Positions 11,851 through 24,000 of a DNA stretch of 64,000 nucleotides are shown one piece after another (position 1 is the stretch's first letter; each line of letters opens with the position of its first letter). Origin of the DNA: Eledone cirrhosa (Eukaryota); assembly GCA_964016885.1 (NCBI GenBank), contig OZ024748.1:15190001-15254000 (forward strand), read 5' to 3'. A program made the position numbers and the translations under genes. The notes under the pieces are model-generated. The model ran no database searches. It worked only from the letters and a program-made list of their open reading frames with translations, and was not told the DNA's origin.

Positions 11851-11917
11851 TTGTGGCAGTGGGGGTGGTGATAAAAGTTGTAATAGTGACAATGACTGAC
11901 AATGAGGATGATGACCA

Positions 11918-13096
11918 TGATGATGATGGTAATGATGATGATGGTAATGATGATGATGGTAATGATGATGATGGTAATGACGATGATGGTAATGATGATG
12001 ATGGTAATGACGATGATGGTAATGATGATGATGGTAATGACGATGATGGTAATGATGATGATGGTAATGATGATGATGGTAATGATGATGATGGTAATGA
12101 CGATGATGGTAATGATGATGATGGTAATGACGATGATGGTAATAATGATGATGGTAAAGACGATGATGGTAATGATGATGATGGTAATGATGATGGTAAT
12201 GACGATGATGGTAATGATGATGATGGTAATGACGATGATGGTAATGATGATGGTAAAGACGATGATGGTAATGATGATGATGGTAATGATGATGATGATA
12301 ATGATGATGGTAATGACGATGATGGTAATGATGATGATGGTAATGACGATGATGGTAATGACGATGATGGTAATGACGATGATGGTAATGATGATGGTAA
12401 TGACGATGATGGTAATGACGATGATGGTAATGATGATGGTAATGACGATGATGGTAATGATGATGGTAATGACGATGATGGTAATGACGACGATGGTAAT
12501 GACGACGATGGTAATGATGATGATGGTAATGACGATGATGGTAATGACGATGATGGTAATGACGATGATGGTAATGATGATGATGGTAATGATGATGATG
12601 GTAATGACGATGATGATGGTAATGATGATGATGGTAATGATGATGATGGTAATGATGATGATGGTAATGATGATGATGGTAATGATGATGATGGTAATGA
12701 TGATGATGGTAATGATGATGATGGTAATGATGATGATGGTAATAATGATGATGGTAAAGACGATGATGGTAATGATGATGATGATGGTAATGACGATGGT
12801 AATGATGATGATGGTAATGATGATGATGATGGTAATGACGATGGTAATGACGATGATGGTAATGACGATGATGATGGTAATGATGATGATGGTAATAATG
12901 ATGATGGTAAAGACGATGATGGTAATGATGATGATGATGGTAATGATGATGGTAATGACGATGATGGTAATGATGATGATGGTAATGACGATGATGATGG
13001 TAATGATGATGATGGTAAAGACGATGATGGTAATTACGATGAAGGTAATGATGATGATGATGCTAATGACGATGATGATGGTAATGACGATGATGG
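11918..13096. repeat. ~1.2-kb minisatellite of GGTAATGAYGATGAT (12/15/18-bp variants)
   Basis: Directly visible; reads (GNDDD)n in ORF 11847..13142. Confidence 0.95.
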
Positions 13097-13462
13097 TGGT
13101 AGTGGTGAACATACCTCTTCATCTAACAACAAGAAAAATTAATAGTACAACAAAAGCCAACAATGTTTTAGTTGTTTACTTTAGAATTGGTTGTTAATGC
13201 TACCATGAAATTTGATGCCATTTTTCTGCTGAGTTCTGGTGACAGAAGGATTTACATTTCATACAGAAGAAATTGACATGTCAACGAGGCATTATTAATT
13301 AATAGCAAAGGTAATTGGTAATTTAATTTTATAGTAAATTCAATATTACAGAATTGAAATTGTCACTAAATATCAATTTCCTCTACGTCTCATATAACAG
13401 CGAAGACTTTCTCAACTATTAACTACTGTATCTACACATAACATTGTATAGCTATATACAGG

Positions 13463-13493
<31 letters not shown>

Positions 13494-13583
13494 ATATAGC
13501 AATAACAGACCAGATCATCTAATATAATAAATGGACTTTGCCATGCTACTAATATAGACCTTTATTTTTTATTTTTTTTTTTG

Positions 13584-13614
<31 letters not shown>

Positions 13615-13790
13615 GCACATATATGTGACTAAATGGAATGATTGCTTGGATATTTGGCTGGAACTCATCTTTTGAATTGTTGTTTGCCCGAATCAGGACT
13701 CAGGCAAGTGCTATATATATATATATATATCATCATCATCATCATCGTTTAATGTCTATTTTCCACGCTAGCATGGCTTTAGACGGGATA

Positions 13791-13794
<4 letters not shown>

Positions 13795-13832
<38 letters not shown>

Positions 13833-14039
13833 CATACATACACATACATATATATATATATATATATACATATATATATACATACATATATATATACATA
13901 TACATATATATATACATACATATATATATACATACACATATATATACACATATATATACACATATATATATATACACACATATATATACACATATATATA
14001 TATACACACATATATATACACATATATATATATACACAC

Positions 14040-14075
<36 letters not shown>

Positions 14076-14087
14076 GTGTGTATATAT
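13795..14087. repeat. (TA)n/(CA)n microsatellite
   Basis: Directly visible. Confidence 0.95.
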
Positions 14088-14091
14088 TCGT

Positions 14092-14318
14092 GAAGGCGTA
14101 TGGCTGAGTGGTTAGGGAATTGGATTCGCAATCGTAAGGTTGTGAGTTCGATTCCTGGACCAGGCGATGCGTTATGTCCTTGAGCAAGACACTTTATTTC
14201 ACGTTGCTCCTTCTACCTGGAGTTGCGACCGATAGATAGTATTAGCAATTGGAAAGACCAACGGAAACATTGTTCTGTCGGTCCGATTTGACGAAAGTCG
14301 ATCGCTCCAAAAAAAAAA
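14092..14318 (+). mobile_element. tRNA-headed SINE (family-A head, different 3' part, A-tail)
   Basis: A box tggctgagtgg, B box gagttcgattcc, then ttgagcaagacactttatttcacgttgctcc as in 18102-18220; afterwards diverges and ends in an A-run. Confidence 0.75.
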
Positions 14319-14412
14319 TATATATACATATTTATTAAAATAACAGATTGAAGTTTAAGCGAAGAATCGAGCCCTCTTTGGATTTTAGTCTTCACATTTA
14401 TTATTATTACTA

Positions 14413-14455
<43 letters not shown>

Positions 14456-14977
14456 GTATACCTCAACTTATGCCATTTCATCATTTTTAAAGTTATGGTA
14501 ATGGCAAAAGTAAACCTCATGTTATCTCAACACTAAAAAAAAAAATTTGAACTTCAAATTTAACATATATCAATTCTTTACTGTTTCAACTGCAATTGTT
14601 GTTTTGCCTGATATATCACATGACAACTAGCAGAATACATATTCGTTCGCGACTTTACTAGTTTCAACATGTTGACTGTGTCCATGTTCTGGGGAAAAGT
14701 CATATGAATGTCATACAGTAGGATCCAGAATCTAAGATAAATATGATGGTGGTAATGGTAGTGATATTGGTGGTCTTTATTGGAAAAGCTTAATCCATAA
14801 GCAGTTTGTAGATAAAATATACATATATAGATTAATGTAAATTGATTTATCATAGGCAATAAAACAACCAATATTTTGGGCACTTGTCCTTCTTCAGAGT
14901 GAAAAAATACTGAGGTCAATATCACAGTCACAAAAAGATGAGCCTCCCTCCCCACTCTCTCCCTCTATGTGTGTTTC

Positions 14978-15010
<33 letters not shown>

Positions 15011-15551
15011 GCAGGAATACACGCCCATCTATTCACATGCTCTGAACTCCTGTCATGGGCAGAGCACATCACTATCCAGGTTTAAACACATCTGATTACT
15101 TAGAGAGAGAGAAAGAGAGAAAATGAGAAAGAAAGGGGAGACAGACAGACAAAAGGAAAGAAAGAGAATGAGAAAGATAGAGAAACAGACAGATAGTAAA
15201 AGAGGGAGATAGGTAAGAGTTGACTACAGTATTGGACTGGTACTTAATATATTGGACCATAAAAGGAAGAAAGACAAAATAGATCTCAGCAGAATTTGAT
15301 CTCAGAGTACAGAGAGCCAATATAAATAATGTAAAGAATTCTAACAAATGTTCTAACTATACCCACACAGAATATATATACACATAATACATATACACAG
15401 AAATATACACACAATATATATATACACAATATATATACACAATATATATATATATATACACACAGAAATATATACACATAAATACTACTACTAAATTCAT
15501 CCACTTTTTTGTGGTGACATGATAAAACCTTTCCATCCCACACAATCCAAC

Positions 15552-16128
15552 GGCATACGTGAAGACGGGCGGTCTCAAAAGTGAAAGTAAATTTATTTTC
15601 ATTTTCGAACGTCGTGTTTACATTTTGTGTGTGTGTTTAGATCTAAATTAGTGTCGTTTTAACTGATTATATATGTATATGTGTGTGTGTGTGTGTGTGT
15701 AGTTGACGGTTGAGAGAAGAGTACTCAATACCGAAGTAATCTTGTAAGGAGGCTTGCAGAATGGTGAGTCCGCCATTCTAGACGCTGCTGCCTTGCAGAA
15801 GTCCCAAATCGAAGCTCTGACACTCTCGTCCCCATCATTCAGCAGGAATTTCGCCAGGCAGCCGCATCATCTCCGATGGTTGGCTTCCTATTCGGAAATT
15901 GAAGGTGGGATTTACGTTCATGATGTTGTGGTGCACGAACGGAACTTTGTAGATCCTGCGGACCTTGATGTGCACACACAGCTCATAAAGAACACATGAA
16001 GCCGTCCAAAGAAGAAGCTTCGTCGCCAGCATGTTTCGTTTGAACACACACACAAAATGTAAACACGACGTTCGAAAATGAAAATAAATTTACTTTCACT
16101 TTTGAAACCGCCCGTCTTGACGTATGCC
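15552..16128 (+). mobile_element. Internally deleted Merlin (IS1595/IS1016-like) DNA transposon
   Basis: 86-bp TIRs (15552-15637 / 16043-16128, 2 mismatches) starting GG; 9-bp TSD caatccaac/caacccaac; transposase remnant inside. Confidence 0.9.
15771..16032 (+). pseudogene. Merlin/ISXO2-type DDE transposase fragment (frameshifted)
   Basis: Joined across two frameshifts: RHSRRCCLAEVPNRSSDTLVPIIQQE/ISPGSRIISDGW/ASYSEIEGGIYVHDVVVHERNFVDPADLDVHTQLIKNT*SRPKKKLRRQH, matching the IS1595-family SDxW...H..NFVDP...HTQxIExxW pattern. Confidence 0.85.
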
Positions 16129-16850
16129 CAACCCAACATTAACTGCCACAGTTCAACAATGGACAATTCTGTATATTTCTCATTGACTCTCTTTAATATC
16201 TTGAGCGGTCTTCTGCATTTGCATTTCACATTCATGGGCCCCATAATAGAAGTGTTATAGCAGGTTTGTTTCCTTTCATGACATGAAGATTGCCATAGAG
16301 ATTTTTGTTTGTAAAAAGGTCAAGAGGTTTGATGTTTTTTTTATCCTTCTTAGTATTCATGTGTAGCAACAATCTAAAACGTTGGTGATAGGTATTGTCA
16401 CCAACCATGATTCACAGAAATATACACACAGAAATATATACATTTGCCAATATTCAATGTGAAACAAATATCCTTTGATCGTTATTTAATTTTAGTGGTT
16501 AGCAATTTTTTATTTTGCAGATGGGGAACAAAAAATGCTAAACCTAACAAAAGATTTTTTCAGATGTTTCATGGGAGCATAATCTAACTAGCTGAATAGT
16601 TTAACTGAACCTTATACAGTAAAGCTAACATGAAAAATATCAACAAGACCCAAATTGAAAGGATTTAAAGGGAGAATTTATTTATCATTATTATTATTAT
16701 TAAGATTGTATACAATATTTAACTCATGTTGTTCAATTTCAATTATTTAACTTTCTTTTCAGTTAAATATTTATGAAGATTTTGGAACTAAAATAACAAA
16801 ACGAAAACACACACCATATATACATATATATATATATATGTGTGTGTGTG

Positions 16851-16937
<87 letters not shown>

Positions 16938-17649
16938 ATTAGTTGCAGCTGTTGGCACTTGAATATTTGTAGGTGGACAAAGAAAAACTTTGCTTATATT
17001 TTATTTAGATTGTATGTATGAGTTGTGGATTTTTAAGTATGCTTTTATTATTTCTTCTCACTAAACATAGCTTGAGCACAGATTGTTTGACAAATCAATT
17101 TCTATTTTTGTTGTTGAGGAAACATTTTTATTCTTACATTAATATTTCTCTGAGAGAAGAAATATGGCAGTTGGCATTAGAGGATTTTACTAAGTATATA
17201 TGACAGCATTGATTCTGCTGAATACATTTGCTTCAAATTGACATTTAAACAAAACATACATGCAGGCATACTCAGCATTTCTCATTCCAAGAATGGAATG
17301 AGAATGATATGCATGAAGAGTTACATAGTATCAGCAACAGTTTAAAAGCCAAACTACCTCAATTATTCCAAATTTGACATAGAAGTAGAAGAGAAAACAA
17401 AGAGAAAATATAAGAAATGATATGGGTAGCTCTTTCAGTAGAATAGTATAAAAATGAAGCTCAATAAGAGAACAGCAACAACGAATATTTTAAAGCAATC
17501 TACCCTACTAACGTAGGAGATAGCCTTTTATTGGGGGTGGTGGTGGAGCGTAAGTTTCACCAATTTTGCTCCATCACCTGCATCTCCATCATCTTTAGAC
17601 TTCTACAGTCAATCCCATCACTTCCCTCATGCAGGCGTCATGTGGTTTA

Positions 17650-18080
17650 ATATATAAAAGTATAAATATCAGGATAGAACCAGTTTTAAACTAGTTACAT
17701 CATTACTCAACAGAGTACTTGGTACTTGGAATAGTAGAGTGTATATATATATATTAGAAACAGTCAAGGCCTGACAGCTGAGCTCTTGCCATTTCAACAG
17801 CTAGTTGCACACATTATTGAGAACTAGGAGTAGAAATGATAAAAGGTCAGTCCTGACTCTTTCTAATATAAAAGAATAAATATCAGGTTAGAACCAGTTT
17901 TAAACAATTTAGACCATTACTCAAAAGAGTTGTAGGTACTTGGGATAGTAGAGTATGGCTATATTAGAAAGAATCAGGGCTCGACGGCTGAGCTCTTGCT
18001 ACTTCAACAGTTAGTTGCAGACTCCATCTGGAACTAGCTGTTGGAATGGCAAGAGCTCAGCCCGGACTGTTTATAATATA
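17650..18080. repeat. Tandem dimer (~215-bp unit) each containing a palindromic element
   Basis: tataaaag.ataaatatcagg.tagaaccagttttaaac at ~17653 and ~17867; hairpin 17986-18062 in the second copy; half copy at ~21300-21360. Confidence 0.75.
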
Positions 18081-18101
18081 AAAATATAAATATATAAAAG
18101 T

Positions 18102-18438
18102 GGAGGCACATGGCTTAGTGGTTAGAGCATTGGCCTTGCAATCGAAAGGTTGTGAGTTCAATTCTCAGACCGGGTGATGTGTTGTTTCCTTGAGCAAGAC
18201 ACTTTATTTCACATTGCTCCAGTTTACTCAGCTGTAGAAATGAGATGATAGGGACTGGGGTCCATATCAGTCCACTGCAAAGTGGTCGTGGAGGTGCCAC
18301 GGCAAAAAAGCACCCAGCACTCACTGTAAATGAGGTTGGTGTTAGGAAGGGCATCCAGCTGTAGAAATCAAGCCAGAATTAGTTCTCGTCCCACCCTTGC
18401 AAGCAGGGAAAAGCGGACGTAAAATGATGATGATGATG
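18102..18438 (+). mobile_element. SINE family A, full length (tRNA-like head, RTE-type tail)
   Basis: A box tggcttagtgg, B box gagttcaattc; tail nearly identical to the RTE end at 4202-4253; short TSD aaaagt (18096-18101/18439-18444). Confidence 0.9.
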
Positions 18439-18964
18439 AAAAGTATATATGCTCCGTGTTATAGGCCACATTTCTATACATGAAATTATACATAGGGACA
18501 AGTTTACTTTTTTTCAAGTTTACTTTTTTTCTTAGGCTATATATATAACCTTTGTCTGAAACTTGTTCTTTTTAGCTCCTGACAAGAGAACTAAAAATAT
18601 TTCACACCCCTACTCCAATCATCACCAATAGACATTTAAAGAATTTACTGATTAGAAAAATAATTCATTTTCAGTAATTATTTAAATTAGTACAGTGTTT
18701 TGAAAAAAAAGCACGTTTTTCTAGAAAATGCCCCCCCCCCCTCCCCCCATAAAATGTTAGAGTATTTTATTTGTTTGTTTTTTTTTTTTGTTTTTTTTTC
18801 ACATTTTTATGAAACTTAATACAAACCATTTCTGAATTGTTTGGTTGCAGCAATTCTGAAGAAATCAATATTCTAGACCAAATGAAGATTGTCAGCATTT
18901 TTTTTAAAGCAATTTATCCAAAATATAGTAAATTTATGTGAATGTATTTTTATCTTGAGTACTA

Positions 18965-19165
18965 ATGATTTCTGATTTAGGCACAGTGCCAACAATTTCG
19001 GGAGAGGCAAAATTTGATTAAATCAACCCCAGTGTGTTATTGGTACTTTATTTTATCAACCCCATAAGGATGAAAGGCAAAGCTAACCTCGGAGGGATCT
19101 GAACTCAGAATGTAAAAGACTATATGCCACTAAGTATGTTGTCCCATGCTCTAACAATACTGTCT
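18965..19165 (-). mobile_element. SINE family B
   Basis: ggtactttattttatcaaccccataaggatgaaaggcaaagctaacctcggagggatctgaactcagaa core; matches reverse complement of 63001-63188. Confidence 0.8.
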
Positions 19166-19314
19166 GTGGAATACTCTATCACTTGCAAGCTAATTTCATG
19201 AGTAGGTTGTTCTATTGGTCAAAGAACTGGCGAACTCATCAAGTCAGAACATAGCCGATTTTCTCCAGAGAAGGAGAATGAGTGATAGAGAGGAAGTGAG
19301 AAAGAGGTATAAAG

Positions 19315-19462
19315 GATAAATTGACCCCAGTACTTGACTGGTACATTTTTTTATCAACTTTTAAAGGATGAAAGGCAAATTTGACCTCAGCGGGACTTGA
19401 TTTTGGAGCCCAGAGAGCCAGAATGTATATTACAAAGTATTCTATTTGTCAATTCACTGCCT
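19315..19462 (-). mobile_element. SINE family B fragment
   Basis: ttgaccccagtacttgactggtac...ggatgaaaggcaaatttgacctcagcggga. Confidence 0.7.
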
Positions 19463-20135
19463 AAATATGAAATATGATATATGATATAGCATAGAGTTTG
19501 ATCGACAAGATATCACCCAGGCATCACTCACTTACTGAATGGTGTGAAACACATCAAATTGGACCAAGGAAACAAAGTTTCCATAGGTCTTTCCATTGCC
19601 AATATTATCTACCAGGTAGTATGTAAAATTGCATAACTTGTATAGTTTCGTTGAACAACTACAGATACAACAGTACTTTAATTGCAATCTCTTTAACAGT
19701 GCCTCATCATTATTGTTGTTGTATTTCATTCAATTCTTTGCAAAGATGGCATTGATAAAACCTTGACTTCATCATAACTTTTTTCTAATAACTGCTTTGT
19801 TATAATGGGCCACTAATTTTATTGCAAACTGTTACTATCTACTAGTTGCAACTCTTGACAGAAGGAGATGGGATTTGAACTCTGAATGCACTGAGCATGA
19901 TCAGGTATCACGATCAACAAGCATCCCATCCAACAATCCACTGCTCCCAGACTGATACTTCATTTACCAACCCCCAAAAAGATGTAAGGTAAAATTGACC
20001 TCAGAGGCATTTAAACTCAAAGTATAACGAACCAAAAAAATTATATTATGACAATTAATGTGATGCCTTAACAACTGACAATTCACCACCTTCAAGTGAC
20101 AACAGACAAAATAATCAGCAATAGAACCAAATATC

Positions 20136-20312
20136 TACAAAGGTGGACTGAAAATTTCATAGGCTGACTATAAAGGAATGTTATTAGAGCTGTGAAATCT
20201 TGCATGCATTAATTTCAAATCTTAATAAAACTGCCTTGTTTATTTCAAGGGATTATGTTGTAAAATAAACTCCATTTGGTCATTCTATGAGAGTATCTTG
20301 GTCAGCTGACCA
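20136..20312. mobile_element. Mariner-like MITE (decayed)
   Basis: tacaaaggtggactgaaaatttcataggctgac...gagagtatcttggtcagc; same family as 45180 and 52926. Confidence 0.6.
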
Positions 20313-20924
20313 TTTTGAAATATGATGAAGAATGTTGCTGTTCCCTTCAAATTTTGTTAGATTTCAGAAAGAACTGAATGATTTTATATGTATAATGAAA
20401 CATTATTGAATATTCTAATAGTTTAGCATTGTTAGCATTAATTTCTATCATAGTAGATAGATACATTGAGATGCAAGGCTTCTCTCACTCTAAGTACTGG
20501 TTGGCATTAATATTTAGTAAGAATGTTGACCTCTTGCCAAATTACTCTAATATATTGTAGGTCCTCTTTGAATGATAGCATTGCATTGTTTAATAATATA
20601 CACCGTCAATGCCATCACCACCACTACCACCATATACATAAGCATCATCAGTTTTGCATCAATTTCTTCCAGCCTGGCATGGGTTGGATGAAATGTTTTG
20701 AGGCAGTATTCTACATCTGGATGTCTTTCCTGAGGCTGACGTTTGTTTTCTCTTGTTTTCTATTTTAGTAGGGTATATGATTTTACATATTTAACCATTG
20801 AACAGTGGGATATATGTATGCACATTCCCAAGATGTTAGGCAGTGGGATCAAATCAAGAACCTCATGATTTTAAGCAAATTTCTTAAACATGTAGTCATG
20901 CCTATGTCCACATTTAGAAAGAAA

Positions 20925-21090
20925 CAAGAGAGAAGATTGTGCTAGTATGAATGTGTGATGCTTATGAATGATGATTATTGGGTTAAGACATGACAAAAGA
21001 TCCCAGTGGAAGGAAGCTGCAGTAGAGGAAGACCAATGAAAAACCAAGCAAATGTGCTGAACTTCATCAAGGAAATGATGAAGGTCTCAA
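20925..21090 (+). mobile_element. Decayed RTE 3' fragment
   Basis: gagagaagattgtgctagtatgaatgtgtgatg...tgggttaag...atcccagtggaaggaagctgcagtagaggaagacca aligns by eye to 3985-4095. Confidence 0.65.
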
Positions 21091-22053
21091 ATATATGAAG
21101 CTTCATATCTCCATTGTTGGGAATCTGATGCATTCATGCATACAAGTGTACATGTGTTTTAGTTTTTCTTTATAAAAGAGTAAACAAAGACGTTTTCTAT
21201 AGAAAATTATAGAGAATTGACACTATACCAATAAAAAATGTTTTGATTCTCTCAAAATCTGCTGGCTTTGGGCAGGATAAATAAAGTAATTTATATGAGT
21301 CTGGAACTTGCTTGTTGAAATGGCAAGAGCTCAACTGTCAGGCCATGATTTTCTTCTATATATATTAAGAGAAGAAACTACTGAAACATTTTTCTCTGAA
21401 AGTTCCTTATACTCTGGAGAAGGGAATTTTAAGTACTCAAATATTAGGATGAAAGAACAGCAACAACAGAAAAGAAAGAAATAAAGATTACCAGGTAACT
21501 TACTTTTTTGTTACCTTCATCTTATAGTCCATTATGCATTATTTAGCCTTATACCACTTTCCACATTATATATATACACACGCACACACATATGCAAAAT
21601 GTTAATGGAAACAACAAAACAAACAACACAGTAAAATATAATTTAAACACTTGTGGATCTTTCATTTACAAACTGACTCATTCTTCTATAAATTACTGGA
21701 AATAAAATCTGAGACTCCAAATAAATGACTATAATAAATGTCCAACAGATTTAAATTAAAATATTAAAATGAAATCAATGAAAATCTTAGAATTAAAATT
21801 TTATAAATTAAAATAAAATACAAAAAAATTTAAAGAAAAAGAGAAAATTAGAAAAATATATAGCTATCATATATCTGTAAAATGATTATAATTTAATAGC
21901 TTCCTAATTTTGCCATAAAATCCAAACTCAGACATAACAAATAGTATATCCATGTATATTCACATATATGCATGTATGTATATGTATATATATATTAAAA
22001 TAACATATATATTAAAATCCTCTTCTGATTTTAGTCTTCACGTTTTTTATTAT

Positions 22054-22094
<41 letters not shown>

Positions 22095-22902
22095 GATATG
22101 TATGTATTTGTGTGTGTGATGGATTTCCTCAGAATTTTCATTCATACAAAATACTTTCATATAACTTCAAACAATTTTCCATAGTCATAAATGAGTTATA
22201 TGATATACATGTAGAGAAATATACTTTAAAATCGGATTGTTGTGTCAAAAAGAACGAAAGAAAAAAACAGACATAAACATTACAAAAATTAACGTAATTA
22301 TCAGCATCATCACCATATTTTTACACCCACTTTCAATGTTGTAAATCAAAGAACATAAAAATATCTACTTCATATGTCAATGGAGAGGAAAAACATATTT
22401 TCTATAACATAATAAAGTAAAATGTAGTAAGAGGCAGGTGAGCAAAAGTGTAAATATGATATAGGTTTAATATTGATAAACTAATGCTAGTAGTTAATAC
22501 ATCTGAGCTGATATCAAAGAGATGAGATAGACATAGAGTGGTGTAAATTTATCTAATTAAAAGACTGTATTGCTTTGCCTAATGCTTCTGATATCCTCTT
22601 CTTAGCAAAGCTCTGAAGGAAAGCAAGAGAGACAGAGAGAGGAAAAATAAACTTCAATTAGTCTTCAAACGATCAGAGGATCAACTAATTATGTAATGAA
22701 AATCTTTCTAAACATTTCAATAGATAATCATGATGCAAGAGTATTAGTGGTCTATATTAAACTGCAGTCGGTAGGACCAACTTGTCTGGGGTAAGTAAAC
22801 TAGCGTATATATAGTAATAATAATAATTGTGAAGACAAAAATCCAATGAGAGCTCGATAAGGATAAATATATATCAAATATATAAGAACTGTAGAGCAAA
22901 TA

Positions 22903-23033
22903 TTTATTAAAATAACAAATTAAAGTTTAAGCAAAGAATCGCTGCTTTCACCCTTAACCGCATCTTAAGAAGATACGGTTAAGGATGAAAGCAGCGATTA
23001 TTTGCTTCAACTTTAATCTGTTATTTTAATAAA
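22903..23033. repeat. 64-bp-arm hairpin, 3-nt loop
   Basis: Arms 22903-22966 and 22970-23033 with 5 mismatches. Confidence 0.9.
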
Positions 23034-23045
23034 GATATATACATA

Positions 23046-23215
23046 TATATTGTTTCTACTTTTGGCACAAGGCCAGCAATTATTCCAGTGCATTAGTGGT
23101 ACTTTATTTTATCGACCCCGAAAGGATGAAAGGCAGGGATTTGAAATCAGACCGTAAAGGGCCGTAAATTTATGCTGCTAAGCATGGCATCCGACCCTCT
23201 ACTGAAACTGCCAAT
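23046..23215 (-). mobile_element. SINE family B (short subfamily)
   Basis: ggcacaaggccagcaattattccagtg...atcgaccccgaaaggatgaaaggca...gcatggcatccgaccctctac. Confidence 0.8.
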
Positions 23216-23393
23216 AATAGTAATAAATGAAAGATATATACTTTATATCATCTCTATTTATTTCATTATATGTATTTCGAAGATGCAAAGTTTTATGTAT
23301 AACAAAGCAAAATGTTCTCCTCAGACAAAATATATAGAAAATGTATAATCTTTTCTTGATATGCTGGTATACAAATGAACTGGACAGATCGAT

Positions 23394-23434
<41 letters not shown>

Positions 23435-23553
23435 AATATATACATGTATATATATATATACATATATATACATAAATATACATATATATATATGTATACA
23501 CAAATAAATGCACATATCATATATATATATATACACATATATACACAATAACA

Positions 23554-24000
23554 GAAAGAGTTATAGCACAGCTGATTAGAGACTGGGTAAATTTAGAAGA
23601 GATGCAGTTCATGTCTGTACCAGGCACAAGCACCACAGATGCTCTCTTCCTGGTGATGCAGCAACAGGAAAGTACCTATCTAAAAGTAAGCCACTCTATC
23701 TGGCATTTGTTGATCTGTAGAAAGCTTTTGACAGAGTACCTTGTGCCATAATCTGGTGGGCTCTTAGAAAACTAGGAGTAGATGAGTGGCTTGTGAGAGC
23801 TGTACTAACCATCTAGAAGGGAGCAGTCAGCAAAGTTAGGATTAACAACGACGATAGTGAGAAATTTAGCATGCATGTTGGTGTCCACCAGGGCTCTGTT
23901 CTTAGCCCTCTCCTGTTTATTATCATACTGCAGGCTATAACAGAAGAGTTTAAGACCTGCAGCCGATGAGAACTCCTGTATGCAGATGATCTTGCACTCA
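23554..24000 (+). pseudogene. RTE-clade LINE reverse transcriptase fragment
   Basis: ...EMQF...STTDALFLVMQQQEKYLSKSKPLYLAFVDL*KAFDRVP...WWALRKLGVDEWLV...GVHQGSVLSPLLF...ELLYADDLAL, with several stops. Confidence 0.92.

Noticed and set aside
13115-13122. Minus-strand 8-nt microexon (ttgttag|ATGAAGAG|gtatgt); similar plus-strand 10-nt case near 60508-60517
   Set aside because: Good splice motifs but not frame-preserving, and such matches are expected by chance in 64 kb of AT-rich DNA.
11829-13197. Poly-I/T (minus) and poly-M/V (plus) ORFs
   Set aside because: Alternative frames of the same triplet-based minisatellite.
16138-16330. Coding-like minus-strand stretch flanking the Merlin element (MGPMNVKCKCRRPLK...)
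   Set aside because: No recognisable domain; cannot be assigned to a TE or gene without a search.
18102-18175. tRNA gene
   Set aside because: A/B boxes are present, but there is no proper acceptor stem or terminator and it runs into the SINE body.
18115-18354. Repeated 79-aa ORF MPFLTPTSF... (also 28441, 32047, 32391) resembling a gene family
   Set aside because: Antisense reading of SINE A; one copy has frameshifting indels and there is no domain signal.
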